Assembly: GCF_964204645.1 (NCBI RefSeq)
Contig: NC_134027.1
Span: 6,356,485-6,420,484, forward strand
From: Tubulanus polymorphus
Taxonomy: Eukaryota; Animalia; Nemertea
DNA: 64,000 nt
Direction: 5' to 3'
In this document: positions 37,901 to 50,240 of the stretch, piece after piece
How positions within the stretch are numbered: position 1 is the first letter of the stretch
How the letters are laid out: the number at the start of each line of letters is the position of its first letter
The notes under the pieces: generated by a model
Database searches by the model: none
What the model saw: only the letters and a program-made list of their open reading frames with translations
Told to the model about the DNA's origin: nothing
Made by a program: the position numbers and the translations under genes

Positions 37901-40900
37901 TTATCAAACAGTACGAAAAAAACCTTACCTGCTTCTTGGAAGCCGTGGTGATAATTTTCATAGCAGTGTTTCTGTGAATAGCCACTGGCCATTTGCGTAA
38001 GTAGCGATAACATGACTACTGAACAGTTTTCACATCATTCACGTGATGACCGGCAGTGGTATATGGTAGGGTATACGATGCCAATGATGCCGCCGTACGT
38101 TTATAAGAAAAATATTTATTCCCTCCAAAACAGGTGGTTAGCTGTGCGATAAATTATCAACTACTCGCGGAGAAAGGTGTTCGAAAGATGCCGGAGAAGT
38201 TCATTGAAGAAGGCATGGGAAAAACGGCTCATGAGTATTAAACTGAAGCGCATCTCCACGTGGGAAATGTAAAAATATGTTATCATCGAAACAACTAGTG
38301 ATATAGTAAACATTACTGACTTAGATGTTATCGGAGATATTTTTCTTGATCTGAACTAACGATTTTCTCATCCAATAGCTGTAAGATTATATCCTAGATC
38401 TTACAACTGTTTACTGTATCAACTACTGGGCATTAGAACCTATACAGGGTTGCATATGGCAGTAGTTCAGTACCCTCACCCTTAAAGAAATATCTAAGAA
38501 AATTCACATGTTCTTCCCATGTATACATTATCTTTCACTTGTATAGGTATCTTTCATACATTCATCTTTGTTTACTTTGTTGTTCTTTCCTTTCATAGAT
38601 GTCTTTTCTATATACACGTATACACAAACAAACATGAAACTCAAGAGCCTTCAGTATTTATACTGCATTTTCTAATGTCTGTCTAACATCTTTTTACATT
38701 AAGCTAAGTCCAAATACTGAAAAACTACAGATATGAACAATACAGACTACCTTCATTTCTTCAGTAGAGAAACTAGAGAAAGTAATTGTAACTCGAACTT
38801 TGAAGGTGCCATTGATAGCAACTTTGAAGATGTCATTGATTTTGGCGAATTTTGAAAAATAAATTTAAGATCCAATGTCAATGATAGTTCATGAGGTGCA
38901 GAGGATATATTCTGTTCTTAATACTGTTTGACAACAAGAGTTTTCTAAACACTGTTCCAAGAAAAACTGAAGGATCCACTAGTGAAGAACTTGCAATGGA
39001 ATTTGTTTCTGCGGTGCAAGATGGTGGCATGGATCCAATTTTCCTCTGCCAAATTCGCGCCATGCTTCCCACACCAAGCGTTATCTAGTGGTAACAGTTA
39101 ATACGTAAACAATCGTTCTATTTTTTTGAACGACTCAAAGATCAGTTCAATGAGATGAAGATTAATGACCAAATGTTATTGAGGCCAGAAGGCAACATAA
39201 CTTAATTGCAGGATGGAAACATGTTCTTATTAATATTTCACTTCTCAGAACATACAGTACAGGTCTCTCGAGGGTGCAAGAAAAACCTCAATTATTGTTT
39301 ACTTCAGTATTCAGTATTCAAAGTCATTCTCATCGTTCCGCTACTTTTGAGATGAACTCCGAACATACTTCTATGATTGGTGCAAGTGGTAACGATCGCA
39401 TTGTTTCCTCGTACAGAGCTGCCGATCAATGACAAAAAGGGCTCCGAGGTAAAACCCATACCACAAATAATCAGCATACCAAACTGAAGTCAGGTTTTCA
39501 ACCATTTATATCATTGGAGAAGCTTCAGCTGCCATTTTTTACGCATTAAACTCACCTACGAAAGACAAGCTAGCTAAGATTTATGAGGGTACGCAGCGTG
39601 AGAAAATGGCAAAGTCTGCCCCCAATGAGCCATGCGCAATTGGTTGAAAGTGCGCAACATTTTTCTATGTGTTTTTACATGAATTAAGAGATAATGTAGA
39701 CACCTGATAGCAAAACGAGATTGCCGAGAGCTCACAGCTGCCTTGATCTGTAGTGAAGCAACAAGTTGCCGATGAAACGATCTCGGCAGTTTCCCACGCT
39801 AAAAACGCTGAAAACGAGACTAAAAAACCTGCAGCATCGAGGACAACGTTGTTGTAAACCTCTCTACCTGACCCTGCCAATAATACGAGCTACAGAATCG
39901 CATTTCTGAATGAACGAACGTGTATTTTCTCTCATATTTTTTCTGTGTCTGAAGCATGTCTTGGAACTACTATGATGCATATATTTGTAACGTAATTTGT
40001 ATTCGTAAGTTTGTAGTAAGTAAATGTTGTTCAAGCGAATAAATATATCTTCGTCCACCACTCCTTCTACAGACGAAGACTTGTCCATGAAATATTACTC
40101 AGTAGTAGATAGGTAACTTCTGCAGTGAATTCCGAGTACAATATGGCTGATACAGATAGTGCTTAAAATGTCCTCAGAGAGATATTATACGAGACAGACG
40201 ACTAGCTGATAAGATGACTTAACTGCAACACTAATGAGGCTACTAAAAGACAAAGCTGAACGACGTACAGATTTCGGAAGATTGGAAGAGCTTAACATCA
40301 AGTACAAGTTCCAATCAGTCTCTGCAACGTTTAATAGAGGCCTAAGTGCAAAATGTCGACCAGCGATCAAGATCTGAAGGACTAATATTTTTGGTACCTT
40401 CTAAAAGCAACAAACCAAATTTGATAAGCTTCTGTGCCGGTATGCAGTATATGATCTCGTCTATAAAAATTTTTTCGTTGATATTTAGAAACTTTTCTAA
40501 CTGAACAAGGTCATTAACATGTTCACGATGATAATGAACGGTTGCAAAGTCATCAAATGAATCATCCGAATTTTGAACGAATCTGAAGATTCATCTTAAG
40601 AAGCCTCGATTCTAATAAGCAGTTGATAAATGATGCAGCGGTCCATCGGTGCAAGCCGATCAATTAAAGAAAAACCGTTCAATTATCGATTATTTCTAGT
40701 TCTACACCGTTTTCGACTGTGAGAAAGTAACCTGCTTGCTTTTCCCAGGTACATATTTATAGCCACGCACAGACAGGTCAAGTCGAGTTTTACACGAATG
40801 CTGCGCTGATAGTACATTCGCAGACAAGATCTCAACTCCCTCGCAAAACTCGACGGGCAAAAATAAAATCAACCACCTATCAACCATAAAAACAATCATC

Positions 40901-43466
40901 TAGTAATTTCAGCAGTTCATTGAGCGCACGCATGCGTACCGTGCCCATGTTCGACTATTTTGAACAAGATTAAGTATGCTTCAAAAAATATTCACGATTT
41001 ACGATATAATTTTTGTGCCATTCATACACAAGCAAAAAGAGAGCCCCGGCAGGCACGTAATATGACGCCACATGTACGTAAAACCTGTTTGAAGTGGTGC
41101 GCGCCAGTTCGCTCTTGAGCCCAGTGATATAGTCACTGAGTAATGCAGTCACTGATAGTACCTGTTACAAGTGTAATGATATTTCTAACTATATCGATAA
41201 ATGTCTATCATTATAAAAAATACTTCTTCTGATGCCAAACATCTTTTTGATTACAAGTTGTTGTCAGTGATAAAAAAGCTCTCGGTAGTGGTGATATACG
41301 CATTGCTTATTAAGATAGTGTCAATAACAATGATCCAGGGATTATCTCTCATTCCAGGAAATGTTTATTTTCGTCTTTCTTCAGTTGGAAATAAATCATG
41401 ACTTGGTTAAAAGAAGATAAATGAATTTTTAGCAAAAATTCTTCGAAATATCAAGACCGAATTTGACTAGAGTTTAAATTGAAAAGAACCTTTATATTTT
41501 CCAAGAACAAATATGAAAAAACTTGAGTCAAATTGTGATATTTCGATTAAAAAAGAACTTGGATGCTGAAGTTTTCCAATAATTCTAGGCAAAAATATCG
41601 TTTGGCCTCTCTCTTGCGCAAATGGAGGAAAAGAAAACCCAAATTCACTAATAATGCCGTGAGTAATACTTTTTATTACAATGTTGAACAACAAAGATTA
41701 TTTTCAAGAAAAATCTATCTTCGTCTGAACCTAACCCCTGTAGGCCTGATCTTATAGACTGCAAATTTTGATACGAAATATCGGACAAAATTCTAAAACG
41801 CTATATATGTACCCAAATACATGTCTGAATCAAACAATCATTGAAAATGAATAAACTGATAGTTAAAAAGAACATAAAAAGCAGTACTTACAATTGTTTT
41901 CGATGATAATCAGTAAGTGGTATCCAATCAAATTGTAAATATTCTCGTGTAGATCGTTTTTACGAATACGTAATTAGATTATGAAAATATTGCGTAACAT
42001 TTACATCAGCCTCACCATCATGAAAATCATATTCAAATGTGATGACATAATTTCCAAATATATCCACCAATCAGATGCGAGAATTTGCAAAACTTAATAC
42101 CCGATGAATCCTAATTTGCCAGGCAATTGTTGTGCAACTTTTTCCAAATGAGTTATTCATGAATATGTTCTTTTTTGCGAAGTTTTTTTCCGTAAAACAG
42201 CGACATGGATGATTTTTACTGCCCCTCCTCGCACATCATCATAACCCCCGTATTTATCCGAGACTGTCTGAACAGTTCCGAGGTCACATGACCCCACTGG
42301 TATCAAGTATGTGTATTCTCGCTACAATAATAATAGATACTTACCTTCACTTACCTACGTACATATCAAACATTTAGAAACAAGATATCATCGTGTACCA
42401 TAATACTAACAAAGCTCTAGACTGTACCTGACTCCAGTCAACCAATGCCATAGAGCGATAGTTCAACAAGACACATGCCCAATAGGGGCTTAACGGAACC
42501 CTAGTGCCAAGAAATCTTCTTTGTATTGTAGTTTTAGTTTGAAAAGCAAAATTCCATCATAATTCAAGCCCAAATCGATTAAATTTTGGGACAACTTTAT
42601 AAAGTGTAGTTCATAGTTGAAGTTGCGTAATTGACATTAGGCATAGATTTACAATTTAGCTAGCAATTACCACGCCAAAGAATTCTAAAATGTAGATTAT
42701 TCAGAAATATGACAGATATCTATAAACTCCTGAAACAATGTGGGGGGTATAGCCCGAGAAGAAAAACGTTCTCTTCAAAAGATCTCATAGCACCCATTCA
42801 CCCACCCTCCCACTCCATCAAAAAGAAACAAACCATAATATCTTCATTTCGTATCATCGCTGTCATATTTCATAAGTATATCGCATAATTTGCTTTTAAT
42901 AAATCATCGAGTCTCTTACTACCTCATAAATTTCTCTCTCTTCTCTCCAACGCCGCAGAAAACCAACAGATAAACACTGAATAGAAATAACACTCATAAA
43001 ACTGACCAAAATATCTCCGCTGTAGTGAAACGGTTTCGAAGAAACAGTAGCCAAGCAAATACGTCGGTAAATAATTCAGTAGTTATGAGACCTCTTTAGA
43101 GAAATAAAACTCTAATAACTTGAAATAATTCATAGCCGCAAGAATTAATGGGCTCAACGTTAGACTCTAATGGGAATCTGCCTAGTGGGATATTAAACCG
43201 GCTAATGTCATGGGGTGAAGTAAAACTTGTTGTAACGGTTAATTTTAGTTTCTTCTTTCATCAAACTGACCAAATGAACCATGTAGAATCGAAGGCGGAA
43301 ATATTTTGCCCGATTCCTCAACTCTCTCTCACTAACACAAGCATATATTCATCAACTTCAGGTCTATATATGCTTATTCTAAGGATAAGAGCCCGGACTC
43401 ATAGCAAACCGTTTATACCACCTGTACCTACGAGTCAATTCTAAAACATCATATCGAAAATACTAT

Positions 43467-43694
43467 ATCCGCGATCACACGGAGGCGATTTGGCCCGGAT
43501 CAGGCCCAAGTCAAATTTGACCCGTGCCTAATAAAACTTGCTCATTCGATACTTAACAATGCTCAAACAAAGCAAAGTGCTAAAATTTGGCTCCATTTTT
43601 TTGGTCTGGTCAAACAGGCCCATTGGCACCTGTGTGAACGGTTGTTCCAGGCCTAATTTGGCTTAGGCCAAAAAACACTCGCATGATTTCAGCT
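43467..43694. mobile_element. MITE family A copy 3
   Basis: Starts CCGCGATCACACGGAGGCGATTTGGCCCGGATCAGGCCC. It is colinear with 175-448 through GTGCTAAAAT, TTGGCAC, TGTGAAC.GTTGTTC and AGGCCAAAAA; the right TIR is degenerate. Confidence 0.75.
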
Positions 43695-46600
43695 TATGTA
43701 TTTTCTATATGTGAATGAAGAATTGTTAGTACTGATGATCACTGAAAAGATCAAACCTTTAGCAAGTGATCTATGAGCCAAAAAATTGCAATACTTTTTC
43801 TTAGATTTAAAACATCGATTTTCAATTCGATATACCTGCGTATAAATTTGCAGATTTCTGAGAGGATACATACTTCACGATAATGATGTCGTTTTGAACG
43901 AATACAAATTTGTGATTAATACTTAATAATAGAATCTAATAAACCGATCTGTATTTTACACCTGCGTAAAGTTATCCGCATCTGAAAACTGAAACGGCAA
44001 CTGTAAGGAAAATCTTGCGGCAATGAATGAATATTATTCGTGCAATAACACGACAGGGGCAAACAATGTTTACGTATGAAAACCTTACAAATTTTCCCAG
44101 GCTTCAGGAATTTTACAGGTAGTCGTGGGGTGTGCACGGCGCGCGAGTAGTGTATGCCGAGAAACGTGGGAACAACGCGAGATCATCAACTAAACAGATT
44201 ATCAGCGTTAAAACAATCATTTCCGACGGTAAGAAAGAGAGATTCTATCATCGTTTCTTTTAAGAGAAACACTAATTCCGCGACTATGTTGTGCCTAGTA
44301 AGCAACGATCAAGATTCAAAGCTTTTGTATTGTAGTTTCTGGGCCACACCTCTCGAGGCGGCGTATTATTTTACGGCAATGACGGTACACCCACGAGATG
44401 GATTAAAAAGAATCCCATCAAGAAGCTGCCGATACCAAAAATAACTACATAAACTGGGAATTTCAAATAATATGAAACAATGCTCTTTCCAACTTCATTC
44501 TTGCGAAATTTAACTCATTTTAATATAACGTTGCTAAATTTCGAATCAATTTCCCTAATCTAAAAATAACCATTTCCTCATTAGTAAAATATTGGGTTTG
44601 TCTTGAAGTTACTGAATATCTTATTTTCAAAAATTTTTTCTAAGATGGTTTTAATAGCCTAAAGCCTAGCCACCTGTGACTAGCATCTGTTTACTTTACC
44701 ACCTTCTAAGTTGGTAAGCGCAGTTCTTTTCACAGGTATCAAACGAAAAGGTGCTTCACCCCATAAAGAAGTATATCACCCCGTGCTGGCAAATGCAACA
44801 AAACCAATCACAGTTTTACTTCGATTAAAATACCCTTTAATATTACCAGTTTATCTTTCTTTCATTGTTCAAAAATACATATTTGCAATGAACTTCGGAC
44901 ACATATTCTATTTAAACCTAATCTGGAAATCGATATGTATGTATGTAGACTTTAAATCTAGGTTTATAAAAAAAGAATGAATTTCATCAGGTCTCAATTC
45001 ATCCAGATTATTTAACTATACTCTTCCACAAACCGCTAGTAAAGTTTAGATTCATCATCATTTATTCATTAGTGATAGAGGGAAGATTTTGTGGATTAAT
45101 TGTAATTTATAAACGCTCCAAGGGGTGATAGAGTATTTGGTAGTAAACGTGAGGCATGGGGTACCATAATATCCGTTGATGTATGAGGTTTGTATGTAAA
45201 AATCTACGTAATTTCCAACCAGAGTATAGATTTGTAATGCATTTTACACACCTGGGAGCTTAACCTGATTTCACCACTCGTGTCAGCGGTAGCGCTACCG
45301 TTTGTTACATTACATAACTAATAGCAGGGGTTAGATACGTTTTTCTCATTTTCAACATTTTTAGTACAAAAAATCTTCTTGGAATTTTCAAACCAGAAAA
45401 AATTTTCAATCACATGATCGTATCAGAGGAAATGTCGCAAGGTAAATGCTCAGTGAAATTACTGAAAGAAGCTTCCTCCCAATTTATCATCAAGTTTCAG
45501 GTTTTTATTTTCGGGCTTTAATTGTAATTTGACGTGTAAGAGAGACGCCTGATCCACTCAAACTGCAAGCGCGCCAAATATTCATTTAGCTAAATGCGAA
45601 TAGAAAATAGAGATGATCGTCGCCATGATTGAGTTTTTATGCGAGAGTTCCGCGAGTGACGACGATGCGATAAACGACGTTTGAATTGAAACCAGGAAAT
45701 AACTGATTTAAACGTGGTGGGTGAGAGAGATAGACGACTAACTATCGGGTACGTAGCACGCTTCACGTTCACGTACCTAATCATCAAGCATTTTAGGTAG
45801 AATATTGAAAATCGATCGACGCACGCAACGCAATCTTTTACCCTGGAAAATAATCGGCAGGCGCACACGTGAATGAAATACTTGAATTAAATGGTATAGT
45901 TTTTTTTCACAATACGCGCAGCTTAATGAAACAGCAGATTCTGAGTGCAATAACCCTCGATTCTAATAGCCCTTGATAATCTACTGTAAAACAAATACCT
46001 AGAAAACTGATGTACGGTGTACGATTAAAAAGACATGTAGACTCATCTAGTCAAATCATTTGCTCAAGAACCAAAATATATTATTTCTCGTTTCATTTTA
46101 TGCAAAATCTCTGGAATAGACCGATCTATCCACACATATAAGTTGAAATTCTTAAATGGAATATGAAAGAAAATGTTCAGTCAGTAATTGAGAGTAAGAC
46201 CCTCAGTAACAACTTTCACATTTCTTCGTGAATTCAACCAACTAAATTGGTATTTCACAGGAAAATAATACAAAAGAGTATGTAATATATTTAGAATATT
46301 ATGAACAATCATCAGAGGTCAGAACATGCAGTTTCTGGATGACACTAAATATGGTTAAGTTACTGAAAGTGAAGCAATAACACAGATACGAACCCAAAAT
46401 TATCAAATAAAGTCCACTTCAACATTTTCTTTTTTAATAAGGAAGCAATTGTCCGAGGAAAATCCATCCGACTGGGGATGCACCAGTAGTATATATATCC
46501 ACAGAATAAATGAGGTCTGACACCGTACTATAAACCGGTGTATCGTAGCGATACGTAGCACTATTATACAGCAGATACACTCAAAACAGCCGATAGCAAT

Positions 46601-47204
46601 CACCAATCATCAAACTATTCCTACCTGCGTACTGTTAATTACACTAAATTACCCCGATACACATTTGGAACCATCAACTGCCTGCAATATTTACTGCTCA
46701 GTTCATTCGATACGAAAGATAACTTCAAATAAAATTCATTTCCGAATGGATTTTTGCTAAATTTTTAATGCATTCATTCAGTAAGAATGTCAGTACACCC
46801 CGATGAGTGTAGGATAGCTGATTCACCTGTGCAAATGCACAACAGGTGGACTAGGATAGGTTTAAGTCTGAATTAGTGCAGCTTTACTACTACTAAACCA
46901 TTTTTATCATTAATACAGTGCAGGCAAGTAACCCAGTCTGACACCAGACTAGTCAATAAAATCGTGGTTTAAAATTCTAAAAAAAAACAAAACATGATTT
47001 ACAGCTAGTGATTAACTCTTATTAAACCACAGCTTATAAATGGTTTTTTTTTCAGAATACTCATCAGCGTCTTACCCTACCTAATGCCATTGCCAGTAGT
47101 ACATACCGGTATTAGCGACAACTCAAAATGCTCCCAAGTCCCATCATCAAAAACAGACACATAAGAACTCGTTCTTTGCTACTGGAACAACTTCGAAGAC
47201 ACTG

Positions 47205-47530
47205 TCATACTCGCCTCGCGAGTGAGGCTCCTTTGTTACTAACCCTGTACAGCAACCCTCTCTTACCGACCGACCACACACCAGAATTGGTTACTGTCGG
47301 CGTACTATACCCAGATCCAGACTTACTCTCTGCAGGGATTTAAACCTGATTATCCCTGTCTTTATTGGCATTCCCTACCACAGCATTCAGAACCATTATC
47401 AACATTTAAAAAAATAAAATCTAACAATACCTTTATCATCAATGTATTCAGGGTCGACTGAATGTTTCACATCATCTTTATCATCATCTGAACTCAATTT
47501 GCTACTCGCAGTTTTCTCATACGAAGACAT
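47205..47530 (-). CDS. Putative 5' coding exons of an unidentified gene (acidic/Ser-rich N-terminus)
   Basis: Exon 47431-47555 has an acceptor TTTGTAG, an in-frame TAG upstream of the ATG at 47530, encodes MSSYEKTASSKLSSDDDKDDVKHSVDPEYIDDK and ends at donor G|GTATTG. A 101-nt GT-AG intron follows. The exon from 47329 continues in frame as ESKSGSGYSTPTVTNSGVWSV, then either splices at G|GTAAGA (47267) or reads to TGA at 47205 (74 aa). A probable 5'UTR exon lies at 47800-47862. No homolog recognised. Confidence 0.5.
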
Positions 47531-50103
47531 AATCGTCCACTTCTATATAGAGCATCTACAAAGCACAAATCAGTTAATTTTTGTCAACATCAACCTTAGA
47601 TAGAATTAAATTTGTGTTATACATCAAATTGCATTCAAAGCACCTTATCGTGAGATAACAATGCAATCCAAAACAAAAACTACTCAAAAGCATCCAAACA
47701 AATCAGGGAGGCAGGGTAAAATGTGGTTACATTATTTTCAAATTTCTATATTCATGATTAATAGATACCCTGCAACCATTAGAAAAAAAATGAACTTACC
47801 AATTCCTTACTTATCACTTCACTTCAGTGAACTCGGATCAGATACTGAGGCAGTTCGATAATCTATGAATACATATATTCTTTTTAAAAATCTATCTGAT
47901 AAATCAGCTGTTTTCACAATTCATTCATCGATACAATAGGCCTATAGTACGGCATATTTTCTCGCATGGTCTAGACATATACATGAATATAGTACACATA
48001 TGCACACATTAGAAAAGTCATGCACTCGAATAAATACCTGAAAACCAGTACTAGGTTTCTCGCAGTACCAGGGCCCATTCATTGTGGACAATACCAGGTT
48101 AAATAAGTATGGTACATCGTAAATAAATGAATCATTATCATGAGCTATAATTCAGTTCAAACATTTTTTCCCATTGATAGCTAGGCTGGCTATATATTTT
48201 GATGGAAGATTTCGCAATCAATTTGCTCAGTATTGAGCAATCTTATCTACCTGGTAGACCTAATTAATGAGCTTTCTATATCTATTTCGGCTATATACAT
48301 AATGTGCAAATGAAGAAAAGCACAATCACTTCTGCGACAAAAAAATATTGAGAGCAAATTCCTAAATCATTGGAATACTTATAACCAGCTATCACTTGAA
48401 ATCTCCCTATGACAATGAGTTGAAGAGAAAAAGGTCAATGAACATTTTTTAAGTTTGCCAGATTCATAAGACATAAGAAATATAACTATTATAAGCCTAT
48501 CTAGTATTAGCAGCCTAGGGCATCTGTTGTATCTAGCCTATGTATCAATTGTAGAATTTCCAATTTGTGCAAAGGGTTCAGAAATCAGTGTTGGTCAGCT
48601 GGGCCTATGGTAAAGTAGGGCTTATTCTATAGTGACACCCTCATATATAACTATTTAAGAGAGATACTTTAAGTACGGTACCTACATAACAAAGGACACT
48701 AAATATCTCAAGTAAGAGACTGTCTGTACATAGGCCTATGGCCTTTATTTCTTTAAGGCAGCAAAACTTCATTTTGTGAAGATTCTGTGGACGTGGACGA
48801 CTAGACCACCTCAATTACTGTTTTTTTAGATAAATAAATATCTTTGATGAATAAATGATCAATTAGTATCCATGGTGAACAGGTCACTTAGGTAATTGTA
48901 CAATACTTTTCTGCTGTAGAGAAATAGGGCAGGCATTGAAGCTAGAACAAAATAAATGGGGGCGCTTCATTACAATCCAAAATAATTGGAAAGTGATCAG
49001 GCAAAAAATCTAGTTTTTCCAAGATTAGATCCAGTACTTTAAAATTCAAATACAGTGTGCTAACCCCACGTCATCGAGGTATGGTTAAGTTTGCCTTCTA
49101 TGGCATTAAAAGTGGTCAGTGTTGTTGCCAACTTTTAGCTAGGCCTATGACCTGTAACAGGTCATGCGTGTCAACCAGCCAAGCTTGGCTGTCAAATGCT
49201 CCTTTAAGCCATAGCCTAACACTTACAGGCGGGACATTTTGAAGGGCAGTTCTAGGGCAAACCAGTCACCTTTATTTTAAGTCTTATTTCGGGCAACGCA
49301 ATACCCGGAAACTAGGCCTGCTGAAGTCAGTTCTATGGATCAAGTTTCACTTTAAATCTAATATAGTATCTAAAAACAACGGCTGCTGGGGACCGTATTC
49401 AGATTATGTCTGGAGAGTAGCTGAAAGCCGGCAAAAGGCCACCACGGCACGGGCTAAGTGGTAGGTAGGAGTAGGAAGGAAGGAAGAGGAGGGAAGAAAG
49501 TCAAAATTCAGAGGGTTAGCACTACTCTACACCTCAAACCAACAAATCAGCGCATGCATTCGCCCAAGCACTTCTGTAGATATGGGTCCGAGTATGCGAT
49601 GATTAACTAGATATTACCGAAAACATTGTTTAATTGGCGCCTGACTTGAAGTAAGAGAACCGAGAAGGAAATACGGGGAATCCCCATTGCAACGGCGTCA
49701 TACTACAATGTAGGTCAGCATCACGCATCCCGCAGTAGGCTACTCTATGAATGGGTTCGAATCCTACATTTAAAGCCATTCTTTTCATAAGAAAAAGCAA
49801 ACTTAAGACGAACATTGAATATATTTCTTTTTATTTCTATCAAGGGACGGAATAAGAAAGTAACGTGCGCATACACAAATCATGTACCAACAATAAAGTG
49901 ATCGACAAGAAGCTCATTACAGTTTATAAATATTCTAATAATTAATATAATCACACACGTACACACTTATCGTATGATACCGAAAACATCAAACAAAAGT
50001 TTAACAAACTTCATAAGATACATAGCAGTATGTTGGTGTCAATACATTCAGTCTAGTCGGCACGAAAGTGGAGTATCACCAAGTGTGTTCACTCCACTGC
50101 CAA

Positions 50104-50193
50104 GACCCAGTTCCACATTTGACTTTGGAGTAGAATAAAATGAACCGAATTTAATTCAGACTTAGTCTTTGACTTAGATTGTGGAACTGGGTC
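50104..50193. mobile_element. 90-bp MITE in the BBS4 3'UTR
   Basis: Perfect 14-bp TIR GACCCAGTTCCACA / TGTGGAACTGGGTC, about 50 nt downstream of the BBS4 stop codon. Confidence 0.65.
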
Positions 50194-50240
50194 CAGGATT
50201 GACGAAGTTTACTATCGAAACAAAAATGAAATTAGTCTGA

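Noticed and set aside
47195-47210. TGA at 47205 as selenocysteine
   Set aside because: The context (V-U-Q-C) is not a CxxU/UxxC motif, the frame stops again 30 codons later, and no SECIS was identified.
49708-49769. GGTTCGAATCC B-box with ATGTAGG/CCTACAT pairing as a tRNA gene
   Set aside because: No D-arm/A-box or anticodon arm at the right spacing, so a cloverleaf cannot be built.
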